The notes beneath the pieces were generated by a model that was not told the origin of the DNA, ran no database searches, and saw only the letters and a list, made by a program, of their open reading frames with translations. Positions 23,867-35,800 of a stretch of DNA of 64,000 bases are shown one piece after another; the first letter of the stretch is position 1; each line of letters opens with the position of its first letter. This DNA comes from Macrostomum lignano (lineage: Eukaryota), in the NCBI GenBank assembly GCA_002269645.1, contig NIVC01000391.1:558001-622000 (forward strand), read 5' to 3'. Made by a program: the position numbers and the translations under genes.

Positions 23867-26800
23867 TCAGGACTGCAGCAGCGCCAGCAGCTGGGCGGAG
23901 TGCGGCAGGCCGTTCAAGCGCCGGTCGGTCTGCAGCGGCCGGGACAATCCCAGCCGCTTGGCCTCGGCCAGCAGTGCCGGCTGCCGACCAATGAGAACGC
24001 GCAGGGAGCTCAGGCAGGCCTCGCGAACCTCGGCCACCGGGTCGGCCCTGGCGCAGTCCAGCAGATTCGCGGCCGCCTTGCCGGCAATGAGCGCCCGGTT
24101 GAGGCCGCCGCCCGGGTGCAGGCCGAAGTTGCCGATGGCGGCGGCGGCGCACAGGCGGACCTTCGCCGAGCGGGACTTCAGCAGCTGCAAGGCGGGCGCC
24201 ACGGCCGGTTCCAGCTTGGCGTACAAGCTGTCGCTGTTGAAGGCGGCGTTGCTGCACACCAGCAGCGCGTTTTTCACCGCCGTATCGTCAGAGCCCGGCC
24301 GACTAAACAGGCCGACCGCCTCGGACAGCGGCCGGGGGCAGCGCAGCAGCGCCTGGCAGGTGGACTCCGGGCCCGCCTTCAGCAGGTTAGCCAGCAGGTT
24401 CAGCGCCCGCGACTGCACCACAGGCCAGGACGATTCGCCAATTAGGCGGGACAATGCGGACAGGTCCGGGTCACGTGACTGTGAAAGGAATTTATCACGT
24501 GATTGAATTACAATTTACACATAAAGTAATGTGGCTTTTGAAGCGGATTTTAGTCACGTGACTATGTAAGCAGATTTCAGTCACGTGACTATGTAAGCAG
24601 ATTTCAGTCACGTGACTATGTAAGCAGATTTCAGTCACGTGACTATGTAAGCAGATTTCAGTCACGTGACTATGTAAGCAGATATTTGTCACGTGATTAT
24701 TTAAGCATATTTTAGTCACGTGACAGGTTCGGACTCTGATCACGTAACAAAACCCAACGAATATATTCACATTAAGCATGCACACCCGCTGGGCTCACCG
24801 TGAGCAGTTGCAGAATAGGCTGCACAGCCTTGTCAGACACTCTGGCCAAGTGAGACAGCATCACTAGACAGTCGGACTGGCAGGCCAGCAGCTGGTGCTG
24901 CCGCCTCGCCGTGGCGTCCCGTTCGATGGGACCGGTGCCAGCGGCGGCGGACTTCGGCCGCATAGCAGCCTCCTGGTAGACAATGCCGGCTAGGAGGCTG
25001 GCGATCTGGCAAGGGAAAATGTTTGACCTCTTTCCAATTATCAAATTCTCGGGTAAACGGCGGGAGTAACTATGGCTGTCTTTTAAAAGCAAAGTGTCTC
25101 GTCTTCTAAAAAGTTAAAAATAGTTGCATATAAGTGGTTACAATGACTGAATTAAGGCTGAACCGACCTCACGCCGCTGGATCAGGTCGATCATGGTGTC
25201 GACAAGCACCGGCTCGCAGACCAGCAGCCGGCTGGCCAGCTCCAGCGGCACGTCACGCTGCTGCTCGGGCACGAATTTGAGTAGAGCATGAAACAGGCTG
25301 CTGAATAGGCCGTTGTCCACTAGGCCGCTGCAGGGATAGGAAGTGCGTGGCAAGGTTAGATCCCAGCACACAACGTGATGATGTCAGCAGCAGTGATCCC
25401 ACACCCAATCTGCAGATGTCAGCAGCAGTGATCCCACACCCCATCTGCAAATGCCAGCAGCAGTGATCTCACACCTAATCTGCAGATGTCAGCAGCAGTG
25501 ATCCCACACCCAGTCTGCAGATGTCAGCAGCAGTGATCCCACACCCCATCTGCAGGTGTCAGCAGCAGTGATCCCACACCCAGTCTGCAGATGTCAGCAG
25601 CAGTGATCCCACACCCAGTCTGCAGATGTCAGCAGCAGTGATCCCACACCCAGTCTGCAGATGTCAGCAGCAGTGATCCCACATCCAGTCTGCAGATGTC
25701 AGCAGCAGTGATCCCACACCCAGTCTGCAGATGTCAGCAGCAGTGATCCCACACCCAGTCTGCAGATGTCAGCAGCAGTGATCCCACACCCAGTCTGCAG
25801 ATGTCAGCAGCAGTGATCCCACACCCAGTCTGCAGATGTCAGCAGCAGTGATCCCACACCCCATCTGCAGATGTCAGCAGCAGTGATCCCACACCCCATC
25901 TGCAGATGTCAGCAGCAGTGATCCCACACCCCATCTGCAGATGTCAGCAGCAGTGATCCCACACCCCATCTGCAGATGTCAGCAGCAGTGATCCCACACC
26001 CCATCTGCAGATGTCAGCAGCAGTGATCCCACACCCCATCTGCAGATGTCAGCAGCAGTGATCCCACACCCCATCTGCAGATGTCAGCAGCAGTGATCCC
26101 ACACCCAGTCTGCAGATGTCAGCAGCAGTGATCCCACACCCCATCTGCAGATGTCAGCAGCAGTGATCCCACACCCAGTCTGCAGATGTCAGCAGCAGTG
26201 ATCCCACACCCAATCTGCAGATGTCAGCAGCAGTGATCCCACACCCAATCTGCAGGTGTCAGCAGCAGTGATCCCACACCCCATCTGCAGATGTCAGCAG
26301 CAGTGATCCCACACCCAGTCTGCAGATGTCAGCAGCAGTGATCCCACACCCAGTCTGCAGATGTCAGCAGCAGTGATCCCACACCCAATCTGCAGATGTC
26401 AGCAGCAGTGATCCCACACCCAATCTGCAGGTGTCAGCAGCAGTGATCCCACACCCCATCTGCAGATGTCAGCAGCAGTGATCCCACACCCATCTGCAGA
26501 TGTCAGCAGCAGTGATCCCACACCCCATCTGCAGATGTCAGCAGCAGTGATCCCACACCCATCTGCAGATGTCAGCAGCAGTGATCCCACACCGCACTCA
26601 CTGAACAATAGCGGTCAGAGTCTCTTCATCGCAGTCCAGCCCGAAGGGGAAGCAGAGCAGCTGGCAGCAGGACAGCACAATGTCGGCAATGATCTCCTGA
26701 GAATTCACCTGAGCCGCTTGGCTGAAATTGAATGCCAGAATGGAATGCTAAAAAACGGCTGAGTGCCTAGCAAATGTAGTGCAGGTGTATCAGTAGCAGT

Positions 26801-29800
26801 ACTATGCAGTGCTCAGTGAAGAAGTACTTTTAACCCATTTAGGAGCCAACAACCAACTCGATAATGACAGGTACAGAGTGATCTCTTACAAGTACATCTC
26901 CAAAAACTAGAAAATTGATTGAAGCAATGGATAAAATATGGGAACAAAAAGTGATAGACTCTTATATGCGTCTCGTACTACTTAATATTAGCCGGACGAG
27001 TAATACGTGATAGTTGAAGTTAAAAAATCGTACAAACAAATATTTACGGTCTGTTGATGACTCCGACAAGACTGAAACAGGAGCATTAACATATGTGATG
27101 GTAGGTTACAAGCCAGTTTTAGTACGAGCTATAAAATACAATTATACAATTCAAGTATTTTATTTTTACTTTTAAAACTTTTTTTAATTAGTAAAACTAA
27201 AACTGGCTGACCAGACTAAGCATTGCAGGATGAAAAAGTTGGTCTTAGGAAGAAAGAGTTGGTCTTAGGATGGAATGATTGGTCTTAGGATGGAATGATT
27301 GGTCTTAGGATGGAATGATTGGTCTTAGGTTGGAATGGTTGGCCTTAGGATGGAATGATTGGTCTTAGGTTGGAATGATTGGTCTTAGGTTGGAATGGTT
27401 GGCCTTAGGATGGAATGATTGGCCTTAGGTTGGAATGATTGGTCTTAGGTTGGAATGGTTGGCCTTAGGATGGAATGATTGGTCTTAGGTTGGAATGATT
27501 GGTCTTAGGTTGGAATGGTTGGCCTTAGGATGGAATGATTGGCCTTAGGATGGAATGATTGGTCTTAGGATGGAATGATTGGTCTTAGGATGGAATGATT
27601 GGTCTTAGGATGGAATGATTGGTCTTAGGTTGGAATGGTTGGCCTTAGGATGGAATGATTGGTCTTAGGTTGGAATGATTGGTCTTAGGTTGGAATGGTT
27701 GGCCTTAGGATGGAATGATTGGTCTTAGGTTGGAATGGTTGGCCTTAGGATGGAATGATTGGTCTTAGGTTGGAATGATTGGTCTTAGGTTGGAATGGTT
27801 GGCCTTAGGATGGAATGATTGGCCTTAGGATGGAATGATTGGTCTTAGGATGGAATGATTGGTCTTAGGATGGAATGATTGGTCTTAGGATGGAATGATT
27901 GGTCTTAGGATGGAATGATTGGTCTTAGGTTGGAATGGTTGGCCTTAGGATGGAATGATTGGCCTTAGGTTGGAATGGTTGGCCTTAGGTTGGAGTGGTT
28001 GGTCTTAGGTTGGAATGATTGGTCTTAGGATGGAATGGTTGGCCTTAGGTTGGAATGTTTGGTCTTAGGATGGAATGGTTGGTCTTAGGTTGGAATGATT
28101 GGTCTTAGGTTTGAATGGTTGGCCTTAGGATGGAATGTTTGGTCTTAGGTTGGAATGATTGGTCTTAGGTTGGAATGATTGGTCTTAGGATGGAATGATT
28201 GGCCTTAGGTTGGAATGATTGGTCTTAGGATGGAATGGTTGGTCTTAGGATGAAAAAATCTTTTAAAAAGACCAAATTAAATTTTTAGAATGAAAGGCCT
28301 GCCTCAAAGTGAAAAAACATGAGCCTGGAATCGAAAGTACAACTGTCCATCTAGATGGACACATCTGCCTAAAGGCATTGCAATCGGTTAACTTCTATGA
28401 AATCCTACTAATTGGATTTTAAGGAATCTATGATGTAACCTACTGCGAATGAAAACAATAGGTAAGGTGAGCCACTTCCCGACTGCTAACCTGAGCTGCA
28501 CAGCGTCCAGGCACTGCTGGGACAGCAGTCGGCACAGGCAGGCCAGCATGGGTTCGCCGGGCTCGGCCATCAGCTGTACAGCGGCGAACTGCTCGCGGCC
28601 GAACACGCTGAGCGAGAAGTGCAGCAGCGACTGCAGGCCCTGCGGCGACACCGCCTGCCACAGGGCCGGCCAGCAGGCCGAAGAGTCCTCGGCCTCATCC
28701 GCCGCCCGCTGCGGCGTCTGGGCGGTCATCAGGGCCGACAGGCGGCGCCACACGGCCGGAAGCAGCGGCGAGCCAAGGAACTGGTGGGCCAAGTCGGCCT
28801 CGTCGGCGGCGCCGTCCTGCTGGGTGAGCGCCAGTCGGCAGGCCGTCAGGCAGCCGTCCAAGGCGCCGAAGGCGAACGGCGTCCGGGCAGCGCAGGCGCG
28901 CTCGTCGAACTCGGCAAAAGCGTCGGCGACGCACCTGGCCAGAACGTCGGTCGGCGGCAGGCGCTGGGCCGGGCCGCGCTGGGCGAGCTGGCTGAGAAGC
29001 AGGCCAGCGGCCGCGGCCTGCGAAGCCGGCTGGGAGTCGGCGAAGGCCTGGCAGAGACTCTGCGAGTGCGGCTCCAGGCTGAGGGAGGAGCGGGGATTTC
29101 CATGGCGCTTGATGCAGGATTAAATGGGATTTCATTTTATGGGTCATTAGGGATTTTGTGGGGTTTTTTGGGATGGTATGGGGTTTTGGGATGACATGGG
29201 GTCCATCAGGATGGTATGGGGTCCTTCAAGATGATATGGGGTCTTTCAAGATGGTATGGGGACTTTGTGATGAGGTCTTCGGGATGGTATGGGGTCCTTC
29301 GGGATGGTATGGGGTCTTTGGGACGGTATGGGGTCTTTGGGACGGTATGGGGTCTTTGGGACGGTATGGGGTCCTTCGGGATGGTGTGGGGTCTTTGGTG
29401 CGGTATGAGGTCTTTGGGACGGTATTGGGTCTTTCGGGATGGTATGGGGTCTTTGGGACGGTATGGGGTCCTTCGGGATGGTATGGGGTCCTTCGGGATG
29501 GTATGGGGTCTTTGGGACGGTATGGGGTCTTTGGGACGGTATGGGGTCCTTCGGGATGGTGTGGGGTCTTTGGTGCGGTATGAGGTCTTTGGGACGGTAT
29601 TGGGTCTTTCGGGATGGTATGGGGTCTTTGGGACGGTATGGGGTCCTTCGGGATGGTATGGGGTCTTTGGAACGGTATGGGGTCCTTCGGGATGGTATGG
29701 GGTCTTTGGGACGGTATGGGGTCCTTCGGGATGGTATGGGGTCTTTGGGCCGGTATGGGGTCCTTCGGGATGGTATGGGGTCCTTCGGGATGGTATGGGG

Positions 29801-32800
29801 TCTTTGGGACGGTATGGGGTCCTTCGGGATGGTGTGGGGTCTTTGGTGCGGTATGAGGTCTTTGGGACGGTATGGGGTCTTTCGGGATGGTATGGGGTCT
29901 TTGGGACGGTATGGGGTCCTTCGGGATGGTATGGGGTCTTTGGGACGGTATGGGGTCCTTCGGGATGGTATGGGGTCTTTGGGACGGTATGGGGTCCTTC
30001 GGGATGGTGTGGGGTCTTTGGTGCGGTATGAGGTCTTTGGGACGGTATGGGGTCTTTCGGGATGGTATGGGGTCTTTGGGACGGTATGGGGTCCTTCGGG
30101 ATGGTATGGGGTCTTTGGGACGGTATGGGGTCCTTCGGGATGGTATGGGGTCTTTGGTGCGGTATGAGGTCTTTGGGACGGTATGGGCCCCTTCAAGGTG
30201 ATATGGAGTCCTTTGAGATGGTATAGGGTCTTTGAGATGGTACGGGATCCTTTCTGCTGGCATGGGAAAGGGATAATTTAAATTGAGAACAGAGAACTAT
30301 ATTCTTCACAATCTTATCAAAGCAACCCTAATCCAGAGCCAGGCAAAAAAGGACGGCTGTCTACGTGTGCTTCAATGCTAACCTTTGCGGAATGTCCTGC
30401 AGTTGAATCAGCAGAATGCTGACGCAGTGCGTAGCCATCTCGGCTGCCACGCCAGCCTCCTGGTCATCCAGCTCCATCTGCAAGTACAATAATGCGGGCA
30501 GCATCTGGAACTTAACTAAGGCTTGAAATTCTTAAGCATCTGAGGGTGTGGCCCAGCAACTTAATACCTGGGAGGGGATGGCGGGAGCCAACTCAGAGAA
30601 TGACAGTGTGAGAGATTTCGGCGCCAAACAGATTAGGATCTCAGGATTTTGAGACCCTAGAAATGAGGATCTCCTGAGATTTTCAGACCCTAAAAATGAG
30701 GATCTCATATGAGATTTTGAGACCCTACAAAATAAGGATCTCATATGTGATTTTGAGACCCTACAAAATGAGCATCTCGTATGAACTTTTGAGACCCTAC
30801 AAATGAGGATCTGATGTGAGATATTGAGACCCTACAAATGAGGATCTGATGTGAGATTTTGAGACCCTACAAAATAAGGATCTCATATGGGATTTTGAGA
30901 CCCTACAAAATGAGCATCTCGTATGAAATTTTGAGACCCTAAAAAATGAGGATCTGATGTGAGATTTTTGAGACCCTACAAAATGAGCATTTTATATGAG
31001 ATTTTGAGACCCTACAAAATGAGGATCTCATATGAGATTTCGAGACCCCAAAAATGAGGATCTCATATGAGATTTTGAGATTCTACAAATGAGGATCTCA
31101 TATGAGATTTTGAGACCCAACAAAATGAGCCTTTCATATGAGATTTTGAGACCCTACAAATGAGGATCTCATGAGATTTTGAGACCCAACAAAATGAGGA
31201 TTAAAACTAGCTACTTATAGGCTTAAATTCTATTTTTGTGGACCTAAATTTATCCAAGCTGTGTAATGCTTACCTTGCCCAAGGAGGCGGCCACCAGAGT
31301 GTCCACACAGTCGGGCCTGGCGGCCAGCAGACGGCAGAAGTTCAGCGAGGTCTGCATGGCGGTGAACAGCAGCCGCAGGCAGCAAACGCAGAATCGCCGA
31401 TCCCTTAGATACGTGATGAAAATTTCTGCCGCCTGTTCAAGCCGGCGCTCGCACAGCCGCTCGCCAATGTAGTAGGCCACCTTCTGGCGGCCCTGCTGGC
31501 CGGCACTGTCCGGCGTGGGCGGGCTGTGGCTCATGGCGGCCAGACAGACCACGGCTTGGCCAACGATTTCGGTCAGGCGGTCGCGGAATTCCCGCTGCTC
31601 GGATTGGCTTTTCAGGGCTGCGGGGAGAGGCGTTTTAATTGATGGGAAAATCTGTTGGTTGTGCCTACTCACCGGTAACTAATTATCAGCGCCTCTTATG
31701 CCTCACGTCATGTTTCATAGCCGTGACTTGTCACCCTCATTAGTGCCCTACTTGTAACTCTCCTTTCTTGTCCTCTCCTTTATCACCCGCTCCCTTGTCA
31801 CTCTCTCCTTTATCAGCCTCTCCCTTGTCACTCTCTCCTTTATCAGCCTCTCCCTTGTCACTCTCTCCTTTATCACCCTCTCCCTTGTCACTCTCTCCTT
31901 TATCACCCTCTCCCTTGTCACTGGCCCTCCTTTATCACCCTCTCCCTTGTCACTGGCCCTCCTTTATCACCCTCTCCCTTGTCACTCTCTCCTTTATCAC
32001 CCTCTCCCTTGTCACTGGCCCTCCTTTATCACCCTCTCCCTTGTCACTGGCCCTCCTTTATCACCCTCTCCCTTGTCACTCTCTCCTTTATCACCCTCTC
32101 CCTTGTCACTCTCTCCTTTATCACCCTCTCCCTTGTCACTCTCTCCTTTATCACCCTCTCCCTTGTCACTGGCCCTCCTTTATCACCCTCTCCCTTGTCA
32201 CTGGCCCTCCTTTATCACCCTCTCCCTTGTCACTCTCTCCTTTATCACCCTCTTCCTTGTCACTCTCTTCTCTGTCACCCACTCCCTTTCCCTGTCTCGT
32301 TTACCGTCCTCTCCCTTGTCACTATCTCTTATACGTCCTCTCCCTTGTCACTCTCTCCTCTATCGCCCTCTCCCTTGTCACTATCTCCTCTGTCACTCAC
32401 TCCCTTGTCCCTGTCTCCTTTACCGTCCTCTCCCTTGTCACTCTTTTACCGTCCTCTCCCTTGTCACTCTTTTACCGTCCTCTCCCTTGTCACTCTTTTA
32501 CCGTCCTCTCCCTTGTCACTCTTTTACCGTCCTCTCCCTTGTCACTCTATCCTCCATGACCCTCCCATTGTCACTCTCTCCTTTACCCGCTTGAAATCCA
32601 GCATCATTTCAACTCTCCCTTTCTAATTATTCACCCTTACATTATCCCCCAATCAATGAAACAACAAAAACAGGTCACGCGCCACAAAACAGACCAGCAA
32701 TGGCGTCGAGAATTCGCTGGTCCCGCAGCACTAGCAGATACCGCAGCAGGGCGTCCAGACTCAGACAGTAGTCGGAGGCCACGGACGAATAGAATTGGTC

Positions 32801-35800
32801 GGCTTGGCGGGTTGGCTCGGAGTCCACTCGGCTGCACAGGCACTGCAGGCACTGCAGAGGAAAGGCGCTTTGAGGTCAGGCTGTGTAAGCCGTGAGGGCC
32901 AAGCTGCATGACTGGCTACTGTACAATGGCCCCTTTTACTGTCTATTAACTGCAACAACAGAGCCTAAACACCAACCAGCCTACCAGGCAAGTTTGCTCT
33001 CTCAGCTTCAAGTCCTCGTCGCACTGCTGATTGAGCAGCTTGGGCAGCAGGTCGACAAATTTCTGTCCGATCGTGTTGAACTGGGAGATGCTGAAATAAC
33101 ATTTATTATTCTGCATACCTCAAGTACCTAACACGGATTCTGTCACTGACCAATCAGAGAACAACAGGCAGATTCTGTCACTGACCAATCAGAGAGTAAC
33201 GGGCAGATTCTGTCACTGACCAACCAGAGAGCAACAGGCAGATTCTGTCACTGACCAATCAGAGAGTAATGGGCAGATTCTGTCACTGACCAATCAGAAA
33301 GCAACAGGCAGGCAGATTCTGTCACTGACCAAACAGAAAGCATCAGGCAGATTCTGTCACTGACCAATCAGAGAGAAACATGCAGATTCTGTCACTGACC
33401 AATCAGATCAAAGAGAAACATGCAGATTCTGTCACTGACCAATCAGAGAGTAATGGGCAGATTCTGTCACTGACCAATCAGAAAGCAACAGGCAGGCAGA
33501 TTCTGTCACTGACCAAACAGAAAGCATCAGGCAGATTCTGTCACTGACCAATCAGAGAGAAACATGCAGATTCTGTCACTGACCAATCAGATCAAAGAGA
33601 AACATGCAGATTCTGTCACTGACCAACCAGAGAGCAACAGGCAGATTCTGTCACTGACCAACCAGAGAGCAACAGGCAGATTCTGTCACTGACCAACCAG
33701 AGAGCAACAGGCAGATTCTGTCACTGACCAACCAGAGAGCAACAGGCAGATTCTGTCACTGACCAACCAGAGAGCAACAGGCAGATTCTGTCACTGACCA
33801 ACCAGAGAGCAACAGGCAGATTCTGTCACTGACCAACCAGAGAGCAACAGGCAGATTCTGTCACTGACCAACCAGAGAGCAACAGGCAGATTCTGTCACT
33901 GACCAACCAGAGAGCAACAGGCAGATTCTGTCACTGACCAACCAGAGAGCAACAGGCAGATTCTGTCACTGACCAACCAGAGAGCAACAGGCAGATTCTG
34001 TCACTGACCAATCAGAGAGCAACAGGCATCTTCTGTCACTGATCAATACCGAACAATACTGAAATTAGAAATCTCACATTTTCTCCTTTTCCGGGTCCTT
34101 GCCGCCGCCTCCGGAATCCACCAGCTGGCTGCCCAGTTCGGATGCAAAGTAGGCATTAATTGTGAGCACAAAGTCCAGCAGGATTTGCTGGTACCAGGGC
34201 TGCACTCGGACTTTATTGTGGCTGAGCAGGTCGCTCAGGGTGCCGGTTAGCTTTGTGTGCAAAGATGAAGCGCTCAGAAAGTTGAACAGCGAAGCCAAGT
34301 CCCTGGAAAAATTGTATTCACCTGTCAATTGCCTGTGTCTGGGTTGTTCTCCCTTTCAATTTCAGTTACTCACCGCCTCTCCAGCAGCAGATTATTAAGA
34401 GTCTTGAGCAGCGGTCGCATCTTTGAGGCTCCATCCAGCATGCCCTCGGCCATCAGCTGCACGCACTTGTCCCAGCGCTCGATCAGCTTTCTAAGAAACG
34501 TCTTGTCGTTGAGGAAGCGCCGGCCCTGGTCTTTGTCAGCCGCGGCGGCGGTGTCGTCAACCAGGGCAGCCCATTCGTCGTCCGAATCGACTGCGTCCTG
34601 ATTAATAATTAATTAGCTTTGTTTGCTAGGAAAAGTTCTGAATCGTTTGTTGCTAAGGTCAATTTCTTAGCATATTGGTTGCTAGGGATAATTTTGCACA
34701 TTTTTTTCAAGTTGGTTGCCAAGGTTAATTATAAAGCATATTGGTTGCTAATGGGAATTATGAATCCTGTAGGTTGGTTGCGAATCGTAAATAGTGTAGA
34801 TTGGTTGCTAAGGAGAACTATGAATCTTGCAGGTTGGTTGCTAAGGAGAATTTTTTTTTATATTGTAGGTTGGTTGCTAAGGCGAATAATGAATCCTGTA
34901 TAGGTTGGTTGCTAAGGAGAACTATGAATCCTGTACGTTGGTTGCTAAGGAGAATTATATGAATCTTGTAGGTTGGTTGCTAAGGAGAACTATGAATATT
35001 GTAGGTTGGTTGCTAAGGAGAACTATGAATATTGTAGGTTGGTTGCTAAGGAGAACTATGAATATTGTAGGTTGGTTGCTAAGGAGAACTATGAATCTTG
35101 CAGGTTGGTTGCTAAGGAGAATTTTTTTATATTGTAGGTTGGTTGCTAAGGAGAACTATGAATCTTGTAGGTTGGTTGCTAAGGAGAACTATGAATATTG
35201 TAGGTTGGTTGCTAAGGAGAACTATGAATCTTGCAGGTTGGTTGCTAAGGAGAACTATGAATCTTGCAGGTTGGTTGCTAAGGAGAACTATGAATCTTGC
35301 AGGTTGGTTGCTAAGGAGAACTATGAATCTTGCAGGTTGGTTGCTAAGGAGAATTTTTTTTATATTGTAGGTTGGTTGCTAAGGCGAATTATGAATCCTG
35401 TAGGTTGGTTGCTAAGGAGAACTATGAATCCTGTACGTTGGTTGATAAGTAGAATTATATGAATCCTGTACGTTGGTTGCTAAGGCAAATTATGAATCAT
35501 GTAGGTTGGCTGCTAAGGAGAACTATGAATCCTGTACGTTGGTTGATAAGTAGAATTATATGAATCCTGTACGTTGGTTGCTAAGGCGAATTATGAATCA
35601 TGTAGGTTGGCTGCTAAGGAGAACTATGAATCCTGTACGTTGGTTGATAAGTAGAATTATATGAATCCTGTACGTTGGTTGCTAAGGCGAATTATGAATC
35701 ATGTAGGTTGGCTGCTAAGAACTATGAATCCTGTACGTTGGTTGCTAAGGAGAATTAGGACGACGGAAGTTTTAAAAAAATCATATTTTTAGGAGATGAT

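Noticed and set aside
27255-28250. Telomere-like TTAGG within the 20-bp unit
   Set aside because: Only one TTAGG per 20-bp unit, with no (TTAGGG)n or (TTAGG)n run.
34303-34328. Apparent in-frame stop or phase clash at STK36 exon 6 (acceptor 34322)
   Set aside because: The stronger acceptor tttttccag at 34303 is phase-compatible, giving a normal 71-nt intron.
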